Source: Octopus bimaculoides
Lineage: Eukaryota
Reading direction: 5' to 3'
DNA length: 64,000 nt
NCBI RefSeq assembly: GCF_001194135.2
Contig: NC_068984.1
Span: 105,998,692 to 106,062,691, forward strand
Below are positions 23,166-37,489 of the stretch, piece after piece (the stretch's first letter is position 1; the number at the start of each line of letters is the position of its first letter). The notes under the pieces were generated by a model that was not told where the DNA came from, searched no databases, and worked only from the letters and a program-made list of their open reading frames with translations. The position numbers were made by a program, and so were the translations under genes.

Positions 23166-24453
23166 CTATAGAAAAAAAATGCATATAATGGTATTAATAT
23201 TTAGAAAAAAAAAAAACAATTTACCAAGAGTTATGGAATATGAAGTAGAGATTTTCATACATAAGTGAAGTATTTGAGTTGTGAAAGAAAATGATTGTGG
23301 ATTGCAATCGGCCATGAAGTTTCACTAAAACATGATATTTAGCTCACTATGTAATAACTATAATTATAACTTGTATGAGTATGAAGCATTAAGTAATGCT
23401 TAATTCTATTTATCAAAACCTGAACTCATACAAAAGTTCTACAATTGGCTCGTTAGAAGTGCAGCAAAATTGTTGATTCATATTAGTTAAAAGCTAATTA
23501 TCTAGATCTTATTGCACTGGAAATAGCATGAAAATAATTAATCAAATTTTTGAAGTTGATAATTAAGAGAACAGGTTTAGCATGTAAGGATTGATGAATT
23601 TTACCATATTACCAACGTTTGTCTTAATTAGTCCTAATATTTGACTAATTGTCAAATATTTATCAGCTGTATTTGTGGTTCAAATACAGTAAACCATATC
23701 TGGACAAATGAAAGATTAAAATAGTTACATCTGAATTCTCTAATCTGATATACGATAGTAATATCTTCAAAAGTATAACTATAAGTGTCACCACTTTTCA
23801 TCTACGCTGACAGCTTCTTAAGAGCTTAAGAATAAACTTGATAATTAAATTTATGTCCAAAGATAGAGGTATAGATTATGTCCAGAGACAGGAGTAACTG
23901 AAATTGTTAGTTGTTGGCACCAAATTGAGAATCAGTGATTCATCATCGTGAATTTTAATCCTATGCCTCTAATTTGATATTAGTTATTGTATATCTTCAA
24001 AAGTATATCTATGTCACCCCTTTGCAAACTGTACTGAAAACTTCAAAGGAATTAAAGTACAACAAATTAAATTTATGTTCAGAGATAATAGTAAAGATTG
24101 TGTTCAGAGATAAGAGAAATTGAAAGTGTTAGGTGCTGGCACTAAATTCAAAACCAGTGATTCTAAACTTTAAACTCTGCCTAAATTGATTTAACTTCTT
24201 TACATTTTAGAATTTGTAATATAAACTACTGTATCAATCAGAAATAGCAACTAACATTTATCAAATTTTACTATAATTTGACAGTAAAATAAACATTGAC
24301 AGTGTAGTGTCATGACCAGAATTTTAAAAAATGGAAGATATTTCATGAAAATCAAGAAAAGACATCAGTTCTAAAAACCCATGTGATCCAAAACTATATT
24401 AAAGAGAAGAACTACAAAGATTTTACAAAACGCTCGATAAAAATTTTGGTTTG

Positions 24454-24680
24454 TAACCATTTAGCATTCAGACTATCTTGTTAAATGTAATAATTACTTA
24501 TTCACATTTTTTAATTAATCTTGCATTATGTTGTAGTTTTGAGATTTTGATGATGTGATTGTTTATTTTTGCATAATGATGTTGTAGGGTAGATGTGAGA
24601 GGCCGGATCTGGCCAGTTTGAGCTTAAAACTTGTAGAATATTTGTGCTGGATATGGCTGGTTTAAATGCTGAAGGGTTAA
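24454..24680. mobile_element. piggyBac-type MITE, ~220 bp (other copies: 29598-29825, 47129-47310, 59255-59493)
   Basis: Ends TTAA-CCCTTTAGCATT ... AATGCT(A/G)AAGGG-TTAA; CCC termini with TTAA are the piggyBac signature. Confidence 0.7.
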
Positions 24681-25329
24681 TGTCTAGAATATTTCATTGG
24701 AAGTTAGGTACCTTACTATGAGTTGCAGGCAATAATAGCTTTCAGGAGAAGCAGAAAATAATACATATAGAACACTAATTAATTATGAATATATAAACAT
24801 AGGATAGAAGTAATATAATGGAATATCTTATTTCATTTGTACAAATTTATTCAACCTCACTATCTTGACATTTAGATGAGAAAATTATGTATAAGTGTTT
24901 TGGTTTACTTCTGGTATTGTATATGTGTGTTTTTGTGCTTTTAAATGAATTTCTGAATGTCAAAGTTTATATAGGTAAGTCTGCAGTAATGTTCTTGGTT
25001 ACAGTTATGTATGTATGTATGTATGTATGTATGTATGTATGCATGCATATATGTATGTATGCACGTACGTATGTTCATATGTACGTATGTACGGACATAT
25101 GAATGTACGTATGTATGTATAACTCAGAATTGGAGCTTAGCAAAATTGGGGCAATGTTGCTGTCTTTGCAATGTATTATATGTATGTTTGTATGAATATA
25201 TGTTTATTATCATCATCATCATCATTTAACATCTGTTTTCCATACTGGCACAGGTTGGATGGTTCGACAGTAACTACCAAGTCAGAAAACTGCATCAAGC
25301 TATGTTGTCTGCTTTGAGGAGATGGTGCT

Positions 25330-25765
25330 GGGGATTGTACAACAAATCACTAGTTGTCTCAGCCTTTTGTCATCTCATATGAGGATCAATATTGGAAGAT
25401 CATTTTTCACAATTTTGTTTTGCATTTTCGTGGGTCTTCTTCTTTTGTAGGTTCCTTTCACATTTAGAGATTGGCACTACTTTAAGCAGGTGCTTTCATC
25501 CTTATCCATCATATGACTATATCAGCACAGACTTCTCTCTAGCACACAACGTTTGATGCCACTTATGCCCAATTTTCTTCTCAAAGCTTTTACACTTTGT
25601 AGTAAATGCACAGTGCATTGCACTTCGAGTGAAGCATACTGGCTTCATTTCTTTCAAGCCATTGCATATCCTCTGCATGCATTGTCCATATCTCACTGGC
25701 ATGTGGCATAGCTGTTCGTAAACAGGAATCATACAATCTGCCTTTTATGCTGAGGAGAGACCCTA
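25330..25765 (-). mobile_element. Degenerate RTE 3' fragment
   Basis: Homologous to 18170-18600 (gcatactggcttcatttctttcaag...catagctgttcg..caggaatcatacaatctgcc). Confidence 0.75.
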
Positions 25766-25833
25766 TTTAACCAAAAGAGGTAATACATGTATGGACAGAT
25801 GGACATTATAGATATAAATATGTGTGTGTACAG

Positions 25834-25873
<40 letters not shown>

Positions 25874-25951
25874 NNNNNNNNNNNNNNNNNNNNNNNNNNN
25901 NNNNNNNNNNNNNNNNNNNNNNNNNNNNNNNNNNNNNNNNNNNNNNNNNNN

Positions 25952-26004
<53 letters not shown>

Positions 26005-27071
26005 TCATAAGAGTGAGTGTGTGTGTAAATGGTTGAGTGTCTATTGGTACATTATATAAATATATATACTTGGAAATGGTTGTGTGGCATCCAATTAAAT
26101 AATAATATAAATAATATATATATATGCATATATGGGAACAGGACATCACCAACAGAAAACAACATGAAATACAAAAACAAATGAGTTAAATATGCAAATA
26201 ATGAGAGAAAAAAAGGACAAATAGTATAAAGAATGACCCTTCACCAGTTGTTGGCTGTCCGTCTACTCCCCATTTTGAGCAATCAATATATATGACATTT
26301 GTCTGAGCAAAAACACACACACAAAAAAAAATAAAGAATTTTGACTCAGGGCTGTAACAATTTGAACAAAGGAATAGAACTGTTAGTGACTTGTATGCAT
26401 AGGGCTTCTTGAATTTCATACTAATTTGGAAAAAAATGTTGGTTTTGAAATGTTTAAATAATATATGTAAACCTAGATAGTAGTCATATGAACATGACAA
26501 ATTTAACTATTTCTCAATAGTTTCTCAACTGAAAAAAAAAAAAAATGAACAACCTTAATTGATTTTTGAATCATATTAGGTTCTCATGAGAGGTGTTTAC
26601 ATCATTTAACTCATCTCAGAGAAATATCTAGAGAAATATTTATATACTCAACAAATCTAGTAGCTACAGAGAACTGGAACTGAGTACTTAGCACTTTATT
26701 TCATACTTGCAGGCTGTCAATGGGGAGTTCAGTTAACACAGTATCAAGGTACAATATATGTAAACCTACACAACAGAAATACAAACACGACACATAAATG
26801 TGTGTGTGTGTGTGTGTATGTGCATACATACATGTATATATATAGTGCAAATAGAAATGGCTTTTCTGAAAATTTTTCCATTTTAATGATTAGATGTTTA
26901 TAAGTTTACAAAAGACTGAGTGGCTGTGTGATAAGAAGCTTGCTTCTCAACCACATGGTTCCGGGTTCAGTCCCACAGCGTGATACCTTGGGCAAGTGTC
27001 TTCTACTATAACTTCGGGACAACCAAAGCACTGTGAGTGGATCTGGTAGATGGAAACTGAAAGAAGCCTGT

Positions 27072-27120
<49 letters not shown>

Positions 27121-27128
27121 AAGCCTGT

Positions 27129-27160
<32 letters not shown>

Positions 27161-27699
27161 AACAAAAGTAAATGAGTATATGCATATATACGTACAGGTA
27201 TGTGCATACCGACATCCACCTGTATGTATAGGTGCATATCTGGGTACAGGACATTGCAAACAAACGTAGACGAGAACACACGAGCCACATAGAGAACATT
27301 CTACTTCATCAGCTACCCACGTTTTAACACCGGCGTTTCGACGAGCTTCGGGCAGGTATCTATGTATGTATGTGTGTATTTGTGTGTCTGTGTTTGTCCC
27401 ACTGCCATCACTTGACAACTGATGTTGGTATGTTTACTTCCCCGTAACTTAGTGGTTCAGCAAAAGAGACCAATAGAATAAGGACCAGGCTTAAAAAAAT
27501 AAGTACTGGGGTTGATTCATTTGACTAAAAATTCAAGGTGATGCCCCAGCATGGATGCAGTCTAAAGAGTGAACCAAATAACAGATAAAAGATCTAAACA
27601 TTAAAGTGTAAAAATTATCAGAAAAGCCACTTCTATTCATTTTCTCAAATATATATATATACATACATACATACATACACATATATATATATATATATT

Positions 27700-28892
27700 T
27701 CAGGTCCTTAAGAATGAAATGCCCGATTTTCTTATGTACTATGTTTGACAGTCACTAACTCTAATGTTTTATCCTGACATTTTTTTGTTTTACAACACTG
27801 AAGAGTTACATCATCACTTTTCAAAATGCAATTCATGGTGTCTGATTATATTGTGAGTTTTCTCTTGTAAATCATTTTTTGTGAATCCATGGATAGATAA
27901 AAAAATTCGTGTTGTTTATGAATATGGGTTCTGTTGTGGAACCAATGCATCCAAGACAGTTTGTAACATCAATGAGGTGTTTGGTGAAGATGTAGCAAAT
28001 GAGGGCACTGTACATCGATGGTTTAAGAAGTTCTGGTCTAGTTTCTTTATTCTTGGAAATCAGCCCTGTGGTAGACCTGAGGCCAAGGTGGATAATGACG
28101 AGCTGAAAACTGTAGTGGAAGAGGATAGATCTCAAACTACACATGAGTTAGCTGCAAGGTTTGATGTTTTGATTCCAACTGTATTGGGCCATCTGAAAAA
28201 AATTGGCATGGTAAAGGAGCTGGAACAAGTGAGTACAACATGAATTGAACAAGCATCAAATGACACATCATCTTGAAACTTGCTGTTCTCTGCTGTCACG
28301 GCATAAAAGTGAACCATTTTTTGCATTGTATTGTTACATGTGATGAAAAATGAATTCTTTTCAATAGCAAGCATTCTGCACCATGGTGTCTGTTTGGTCG
28401 TCCGGCACTGGTGTCACCCACTATAGCTTCATGAGACCTGGTAAGTCAATTACAGCAGATGCATACATCAACCAAATGGATGAAATGATGAGTGAACTTG
28501 CAATTAAATAACAGATTGGTCAACAAAGACAGGCCAATTCTCTTGCAAGACAATGCTCAACCACATGTTGCACAACGAACGCTACTCAAGTTACAGGAAC
28601 TGAATTTAAAAGTACTTTGTCATCCACTATATTCACCAGACCTTGCACCAACTGACTATTATGTCTTCCAGGCATTAGACAACTTTTAGTAAAGGAAAAA
28701 CTTCAATCTTTTGTGATTTCATCACCTCTTGCTCTCCAGAATTCTTTGCTGCCAGCATAAATAAGCTACCAATCAAATCACAAAAGTGTGTTGATAATTT
28801 AGGTGTATACTTTGATTAACTGCATTGCTTTTCGTTGAGATAAAGTAAAATAAACTTTCAGTTCAAAATTGGACATTTCCTTCTTAATGACC

Positions 28893-28895
<3 letters not shown>
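27700..28895 (+). mobile_element. Full-length but inactivated mariner (D,D34D) with both TIRs, inserted in (TA)n
   Basis: TIRs tcaggtccttaagaatgaaatg / catttccttcttaatgacctga. HTH ORF 27881..28243. QDNA...HPLYSPDLAPTDY has 34 residues between the aspartates. Stops and frameshifts are present. Confidence 0.92.
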
Positions 28896-28930
<35 letters not shown>

Positions 28931-30478
28931 GTGTGTGTGTGTGTGTGTGTATATGCATATACACAGGTGCATGCAAAACATGCATAAGCACATCAATGAA
29001 GGCATATGCATTCATTGTTTTTAAAAATATTACTTTAAAGCATTACTTAAATAATAGCACAAATTCATGAGGAAAGTTATTAGTGTGGCCTCACTCGTAA
29101 GAAGTTTAAAACAGAATATTCCCAGAAGAGCCAGCAATGAAATGAAAAATTAGAGTTTTAAGCAAATCAATTTTGCATGTGTTAAATGCAAGTTATTTTT
29201 GTGTCCCTAGACACAACAATAATAATAATTTTCTCACATTAAGGTATATTCAAACAACAAATATAATCAAACAAGCTTAGATTACCAGATGATCAGAAAA
29301 GTGTAACTCAGTGTACTGGAATTAAAAAGCTTCTTCTTTTAACTGCTATTACTATTGTCTAAGACCTGTCTGCTATTCTGCTTCTTATATTATACTTATT
29401 TTTTTCTCTCTCCTAGTATAAGCAACCTACAACACTTGACAGATGCACAATGTAAGAATGCACCATTTGATGCAAGTCTGATGAAGTGCCACTCTAATGT
29501 TAAATAACTGCAAATATTACATAACTTTGAACATGAAAACTTTTGTATGCAATGGTGTTAAAAAACAAAGTGTTTTTGAAATAATTATAACTGGTCATTA
29601 ACTCTTTAGCATTTGAACCAGCTATATCCAGTTCAAATATGCAAATTGTTTTATGTCCAAATCAGCCAGATCAGACCTATCACACCTACCCTTTAATGCC
29701 ATTCTAAAAATATACATTCACATCATCAAAATCTTGAAGCTACAAGGTAATGTGTGATTAATTAAAAGCAATGTGAATGAAAAGGCATTACATTTGAATT
29801 CATAATCTGATTGCCAAAGCTAAACTCATCTTCTTATTTCGATCACACATACATACACATACATGCACATATATGTATATACATGCATTTACATATATAC
29901 ACTTATAGATACACATATACACATGTGTGTATATATGCATATATACACATGTATGTAGAATGGGTCAAAAGTCACACACCAAAACAATTGCTATTTTATT
30001 TATATTGTCGTTGTCGTCCTCGTCTTATTATTATTATCATAATCATCATTCATTTAGTTGATCATGTACAAGTATGCATATATTCATTATGCTTTCATTT
30101 ATTTTATTCAATTTTAGAAAAATTAGAGCATGTCTTTGACAATTCTGGAGCACGCTGAACTTATTTTGTGCATGACATTTAGCCCACCCTCTATTTATAT
30201 TTATGGCACACACGTACATATACAAACACACATGTATGTGTAGGTAAGTACATGTATATATATATATATATATGTGTATGTATATATATGTGTGTGTCAG
30301 TACCGCCTGACTGGCCTTCGTGCGGGTGACACGTAAAAGCACCCACTACACTCTCTGAGTGGCATCCAGCTGTAGAAACTCTGCCAAATCAGATTGGAGC
30401 CTGGTGTTGCCATCCGGTTTCACCAGTCCTCAGTCAAATCGTCTAACCCATGCTAGTATGGAAAGTGGACGTTTAAAC

Positions 30479-30511
<33 letters not shown>

Positions 30512-30973
30512 ATATATATATATATATATATAATATTTGAAGAAAAGAAGGGTAAAGATACTGCTTGCCAAAAATCAAAGCGAAAGCTTAAAAAAACCCA
30601 CCAATTCTATGATAAATACACACATGAGCAACGTAATGAATATTTTAAAAAATAGGCCTACCTTCAGGATGGAATATGAAGGCAGCTAATAACATACCCC
30701 AATATCAATTGATTTCATGCTGTACATGAGAAATATGCTTTGCAATCCTCAGTTGGAAATAGTATTTGACATCTATTTCTAAAATATTCATTACGTCAAC
30801 TTGTGTGCATTTCTGACTTTAGACGTCCTGCTCCATTTAAAGAGAAAAACTATCGTAAACAATAAAAAAGTAAATATGTGAAGTATTATAACTGTTAAAA
30901 ACAGTAATAATGAGGTGGCGATCTTAAACAGGTATAACATAAAATATTATTGTTTACGATAGTTTTTCTCTTT

Positions 30974-33821
30974 AAATGGAGGGCCTGCTTAAATATATTT
31001 TTTTTAGTATCTTTCATCCTTTTGTAGGATTTATTCTTTTTCTTGCTTGCTTGGATAAGAGAATTCAAAAGAGATCTTTTCACAAATTACTTAGCCAAGT
31101 AGCTATGTTAGATATCTTCCCTAATCAGTGGTAAAATGGTTCCAGTATTCTTTCTCGGGTATATGTAAGTTCTATAAAGAACAGCAGTTGTCAAAATTCC
31201 TGGTGTCTTGGTTCTTCCTTGTAGTAGGTTTAGTCTGTTAACATTTTCAGTATTTTATCTTTATCGTAGTCTTTGTCCATGGTTACTATTACCCCTCCCT
31301 TATCAGCTTCTTTTAGGATGATTGAATTGTCACTCTTCAGTGTTAAGACTTCCTTTTTTTCTTCACAAAAGTTTTGTTTGCATTTACAGGTACTTAGGGG
31401 AAATTTCGAAATTGTGTCTATATATGCTTCTAAATGTTTGTCATTCCCCTTGTAGGGGGTGAAGTGGGATTTATTTCTGACAATTGATTCGTCATTTATA
31501 TCCTTATTGCTGACGAATTCTATAAGCCAGAAGTGGCTGTTAAAATGCTCAATATCAGCTTTTAGTTCAATGAGATTAGGGGTGGGTGTCAGGGTAAATT
31601 TGAAACCTTTCAATAGGAGATTCCTCTCATTCTTCTTGAGGCTTCTATTTAACAAATTTGTGATCTTTGGGTCTATATATTCTGTGTGCTCATTAAAATT
31701 TTCTGTTATGTCAAGTCTGGTGCTTAATTGTGGTATTTTTTTCTAAAAAAGGAATTGCATTATTTTGTTTCCATTTTTTATTGTTTCTGGGGTTCTGGTT
31801 CCCTTGTAGGTGAGGGGATGGTTCATGTTCTTTGTACGTATTTCATTGTCTACAGGTTCTGTTGTCTTCCCATCTTCCATGTTTACTGGGCCATTCAGGA
31901 TGTATGAAATTGTTGGTCGTAAATTGTGGGTTTCTTGAGTTTCCATGATGATTATTCATATTATGGTTTCTGAGTAGTCCATACTTTACTTGTCTTTCCT
32001 TCCATGCATTCATCCATACTTAGTATTATGGGCTGGTGGTTGTCCATATGTTACTTGTCTTTCCTGTCATTTTCCCCGTGTATTCATCCATCTAGGGTGT
32101 TTAATATTATGGGTTGATGATTGTCTTTTGTATTCCATGTGTTTGCTTATTGCAGTATTACATTTGGTATCGCAGAATATGGGTGCCTAGTCTGCACTTG
32201 GGGTGAGCTGGAAGTCATTTCCGTATATGCTCTTGGAAAGCTAGAGGTTTGATGCCTTAGTCTGGTTCCTCTGGGGCTGGTGTCTATGTTTGTTTTTGAT
32301 TTTCTTGTATTTTTTTGTTGTTATGGTTTCGTTTTCATAATAGATGTTGCTCCATAGTTCTTTCATAGTTTCTTCCTACCTAGTGTCTTCTTTCCATAGT
32401 TGTAATTTTTCATGACTTTGATTGTCACTTTGTTTGGTGATTTCAGCAAACATAACTGCATCAATTGTCTTGACTTTTTCTTCATGCCATATTATTGAGA
32501 AGAAATATTTCTGCTTCCAGTCGGTATAAAGCTAAGTTTGCACATATTGTCATTTTTTCCAGTGATTCACCTCTTATTTCTTTAGTAAGAAATTTTCTGG
32601 GAAGAATTGAGTTTTTTATGCGTTGCAAATTTTGGTAGGTTTTGGCTATATTGTTAGATTGAATGAGGACCTTTCATTTGTTACAAATCAAATGAGGACC
32701 TACAAATACTTAGTGATATACTCAAATCACTTCACTCATCCATCAAATTCATGACAGAATCCAGTTGCAATGAATTACCATTTCTGGATATTCACATAAA
32801 AATACACATCTCCACAATCACAACAGACATGCACTAATATTTGAATTTCCACTCTTGCCATCCCTCACATATCAAAAGGAACATCTCATACAGCATGGCA
32901 GGATGTATCTGTACTATAGTGTTTGACCCCAAAATACATCAAACCTGACTCAGCGAGCTCAAAGAGTTCCTAACAAAGCAGAAATATCTCTTAGGATTAA
33001 TAAACGAGGGAATTAAAAAGGTAATGAAGCTGAGCATTGCACAACTAAGGACACCAAAGGAAAAAAATTAATGAACACACAATTCCATTTATTAATACGC
33101 ATAATCCTGAGGTAACCAACATCTTTTACACCATAAAATCAAGCCTACCTATACTTCTACAAAGACCTGAAACGAAAGACCTGATTGATGAAACCCCTTA
33201 TGAAACAGAAGACACCAACCAAAAAATCTCAAAAAACACCTCACAAGAGCAAATTTCACATCAGAGAATGAATCAGAATTCTCAGAATGTGGAGATAGTA
33301 AATGTGGAACATGCAACAGCTTTAAATATTTAGGAAGTGGTTCTCACATAAAATTCAAAAGTGGATTCTTGTTCAAAGTAAATGCACATAAAAACTGCAA
33401 AATGCAGAATCTCATATACTGCATTAATTTCCCCAACTGCAAGGAAAATTACATTGGCGAAACAAAAAATTACCTCTGCCAACGTGCAAGAATCCACAGC
33501 CAACAGATCTGGCAAGAGGAATTGCACAAGATTCCACTGAGCAAGCATCTAGAAATATGCAGTAAAGGAAAGTTCAAAATCTTTCCCTTTTACAAATGTT
33601 CAAGAGATGACCCGAAATTCTGAAAAGCAATGGAGCTACACTTCATCAAAAAATTCTCTCCAAAATTAAATGTTTGAAAGAAAAGCAGAACTACATTATT
33701 ATTATTATTTTTTAATAGTAACGATGATGAATGAAGAGAAAACATTTATATTACATTATTACTGTTGTTTCTGAATGTGGCTCCAATGTTAATAACATGA
33801 TACTCATCTCTATAAATGATC

Positions 33822-33859
<38 letters not shown>

Positions 33860-34049
33860 GGAATTTTGACAACTGCTGTTCTTTATAGAACTCACATATA
33901 CCTGAGAAAGAATACTGGAACCATTTTACCACTGATTAAGAAACATATATAATGTAGCTACTTGACTAAGTAATTCATGAAAAAGGAAAATAAATCCTAC
34001 AAAAGGATGAAAGATTCTAAAAAAAATATATTTAAGCTGGCCCTGCTTT
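30974..34049. mobile_element. Penelope-like element with inverted 5' part and inverted terminal segments
   Basis: Minus 31205-32640: LLKGFKF..P and IILKEADKGGVIV. Plus 32655-33677: IKFMTE...LPFLDI...YLNFHSCHP and GIY-YIG NLIYCI.FPNCKENYIGET...R..IH. 30974-31200 is the reverse complement of 33860-34049. Confidence 0.85.
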
Positions 34050-35329
34050 ATTATGTAATTTATATCCTTCAGAGTGATTCCAGCTTGGATTATACAGTGG
34101 AATAATATATGTACAAAACTCATTTATGAGGTTTGATTAAATGTACAGAGAATAGACTGAATTATAAACAGGATCGAATTATTCTTTCATGTTCTGACTT
34201 TATTTTCCTAATTTATGAATATTGTACTAATATTTAATGTTTGTTCATGCAAAACAGAATTACACAGAATATGGGACTTGGCTACACAGTGTAAAGGAAT
34301 GCACATTTTCACAGGACTTTGAACTTTGAACTCTTTTTTTATCTTCCAGTGATGACCACACCATCCCTGATTTTCTTATTTCTTCCATCCTACTTCCTAA
34401 AATTGACATCTTTGAAAGGTCATCAGCCCTTGTGAGAAAATGTGTTTATTTACAAATATGTTGATAGGTGTACAATGGAAAGAGAAAAAGAAAAATGCTT
34501 GGAATGAAATTTCAATGAATTGACTACATCAAATTGAAAAGAAATCACTCTCTCTCTCTCTCTCTCTCTCTATCCTTTCCCCATCCTTTATTATTATTTT
34601 TCTCCACTTTCTTGATTGTCCTGAAACCTTTCTCTTTATCTATTTCCCCACCTCTTTCNNNNNNNNNNNNNNNNNNNNNNNNNNNNNNNNNNNNNNNNNN
34701 NNNNNNNNNNNNNNNNNNNNNNNNNNNNNNNNNNNNNNNNNNNNNNNNNNNNNNNNNNNNNNNNNNNNNNNNNNNNNNNNNNNNNNNNNNNNNNNNNNNN
34801 NNNNNNNNNNNNNNNNNNNNNNNNNNNNNNNNNNNNNNNNNNNNNNNNNNNNNNNNNNNNNNNNNNNNNNNNNNNNNNNNNNNNNNNNNNNNNNNNNNNN
34901 NNNNNNNNNNNNNNNNNNNNNNNNNNNNNNNNNNNNNNNNNNNNNNNNNNNNNNNNNNNNNNNNNNNNNNNNNNNNNNNNNNNNNNNNNNNNNNNNNNNN
35001 NNNNNNNNNNNNNNNNNNNNNNNNNNNNNNNNNNNNNNNNNNNNNNNNNNNNNNNNNNNNNNNNNNNNNNNNNNNNNNNNNNNNNNNNNNNNNNNNNNNN
35101 NNNNNNNNNNNNNNNNNNNNNNNNNNNNNNNNNNNNNNNNNNNNNNNNNNNNNNNNNNNNNNNNNNNNNNACTTATGTTTTAGCATCCATCTTAATTGCT
35201 TCTCTTTAAAAGTAAAATTAAATAAACTGTTACAAAGGGGTTGAAGAACAAGGTTGGATAATTTCTAAATTATCTGTCAGTAGGAAGAAATTAAAATAAA
35301 GGTTAAAAAGAAAAAAGAAGACAACTTAC

Positions 35330-35405
35330 TATTTAGAATTCTTTTAGTCTGAGGTGTGATCTTGTCGTCTGGTAGTTCATACATAATTAACAACCAGTCA
35401 ATAAA
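35330..35405 (-). CDS. FOCAD: Focadhesin penultimate exon, FIDWLLIMCELPDDKITPQTKRILN
   Basis: tttcag acceptor and GTAAGT donor; 76 nt, phase 0 to 1. FIDWL matches recalled human FIDWLFSIMESP. Confidence 0.93.
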
Positions 35406-37489
35406 CTGAAATTATACAAATAAGATAGATAGCAGTTAAACAAGTTGGATGCCATGTAAATGGCACTCGTGAATTGTAGTTATGGTTGTTGATGCTGCCA
35501 TGTAAATGGTACCCGTGAATCGTAGTTGTGGTTGTTGCCAGTACCTTATAAAAGGCACTTGTGAATGATCATATTCTTTGCCAGTGTCATGTCAATGACA
35601 CACCCCTGCATTGTAATTGTGGTTGTTGTTGCTGGTGTCATGTAAATGGCACTCATGCTGATGGCATGTAAAAGCACCCACTACACTCCTGGAGTGGTTG
35701 GCATTAAGAAGGGCAACCAGCCATAGAAACCATGCCAAATCAGATTGGAACCTGGTGCAGCTCCAGTCAAACCATCTAACTTGTGCCAGCATGGAGAGTG
35801 CACATATGATGATGATGATGAAGAATGTGAAAGGATGCAGTTTAAATAATCTAAAAAAATAAGATGAAAATTTGATAATGACAATGATGATGTGTATGAT
35901 GTGGAGATGACTCCCTGATTAATATGGTAATTATGATGATAATGTTGTTACTGATGATAATAAATTTTAGTCTGATTTGCAGTGATATTCTTTTACAATT
36001 TGTTTTATTTTGCTCTACATTCTAAAAATGGTTTAGGCAAGTTAATTTTAATTTTAAAATAATCCCAAAAACATTGTGTGCAATAAATCTACATTTTCTA
36101 GTTAAGAGTATTAGATAACCTGATCCATGTTTTAAAGCATTACAGTTCTATAACTAAGAGACAATATACAGATCAAAGAATAACTAAATAGTATAAGGGT
36201 AACTAAAGCAGACCACCTATATTTTACTCTAAGATTTACTATTTCTGTTGCAAGTTATTCATCATGAAGCACTGTTAAAGCTTCAGGTTATAAGCATCAT
36301 TTTGTGTTATAATGCCAGACACTAACACTAAAAGTTGACATCCACCTTAAATAAAAGTCAAAGTCTAAAACGTTTAATTCTAATTCAAAATGTTTCTTCA
36401 CTGATAAACATAAAAATCCCAAATCTTTTTCTGGAAAGTTCTTATATTTTAGTTTAGTGAAAAAAACTATGGATAACTAAAAGGTTTATAATGTTCAGAT
36501 CATGTAAGGAAGGGGTTAAAATTAATGTCAGAGTTAATATTCAATAAGAAGCTTTGGTTTTAAGCAAATATCCATCAATATTCAGTTATATACTCTGTAA
36601 TCTTATCATTGAAGCTATTATAAAAGAAACTAAATTGGACATGGTGGGTTGTCTAATTTGGCTCTCATGGTGCAATCAATCTAGAAGCTGCAAAAGTTTG
36701 AAATATAATGTGATGTTGCCTCCAGTAAAAATGATTGAAAGTGGGTAAGATCAATACTAAGTCATTCACTAGTGTTCTAGAGTATCTAAGGTTCAACACC
36801 ATTGGGAAAATAACCATGCTTCTCACATATGTGAGTGTGTGTGTGAAGAAAGTGAGACAGTAAGAAAGAAAGAGATGATAGAAGTTTAGTTTTATGTAGA
36901 CATGAACTATAACAGAATTTTATTCCAACTAAAAATCAATACCATACACCTTAAGCAACTATTAACATGGGCAGCCACATACTGAAGACAATGATTACAC
37001 TACTGGCTTACTGGAGATAACAGATTAAGCTATATTACTTAAAAGACATGATTAGTATAGGTAAGGAATCAATTATAGTACAATGTCTAGAATACAAAGT
37101 TTAATGACACTGATATATGGCACTGAACATATGAGAACTTAGTGATGTAATAACAACTATAAGCATGTGGTAAGTAGTACAATGGACAGATATGGGATCA
37201 GTGAGATGCTTAAAATCATCTATAGGAGATAAACTTTCACAAATGAAATGAAATAGGAATAGCATATTTTAAAATATGGTGTTGTGCAAAGAAATCTAAG
37301 GCCGGCACAAAAATGAACATTTTATATTGGTAACAGTGATGGTAGTAGTAATAATTCTGCAATTTAAGAATAATAATATTGATTGTACACATACAGTGGA
37401 ATAATTTTAGGTAAATAATGTTGAATGATAAGAATAACAATAAAAATAGTTGTATCCCCCCCAAAGAGTTACAATTAGTGTACATGTAG

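Noticed and set aside
23761-24200. Tandem intronic C/D snoRNAs
   Set aside because: A GATGATGA/CTGA pair is present in only one unit and is not conserved in the second.
26690-26770. Minus-strand exon LHILYLDTVLTELPIDSLQ as a FOCAD exon
   Set aside because: Its phase (1 to 0) is incompatible with the neighbours, and the true FIDWL exon at 35330-35405 completes the frame.
36640-36700. cag|CTTCTAGATTGATTG (LLD*L) as a TGA-recoded version of the FIDWL exon
   Set aside because: All frames stop and the genuine exon was found at 35330-35405, so this is chance resemblance.
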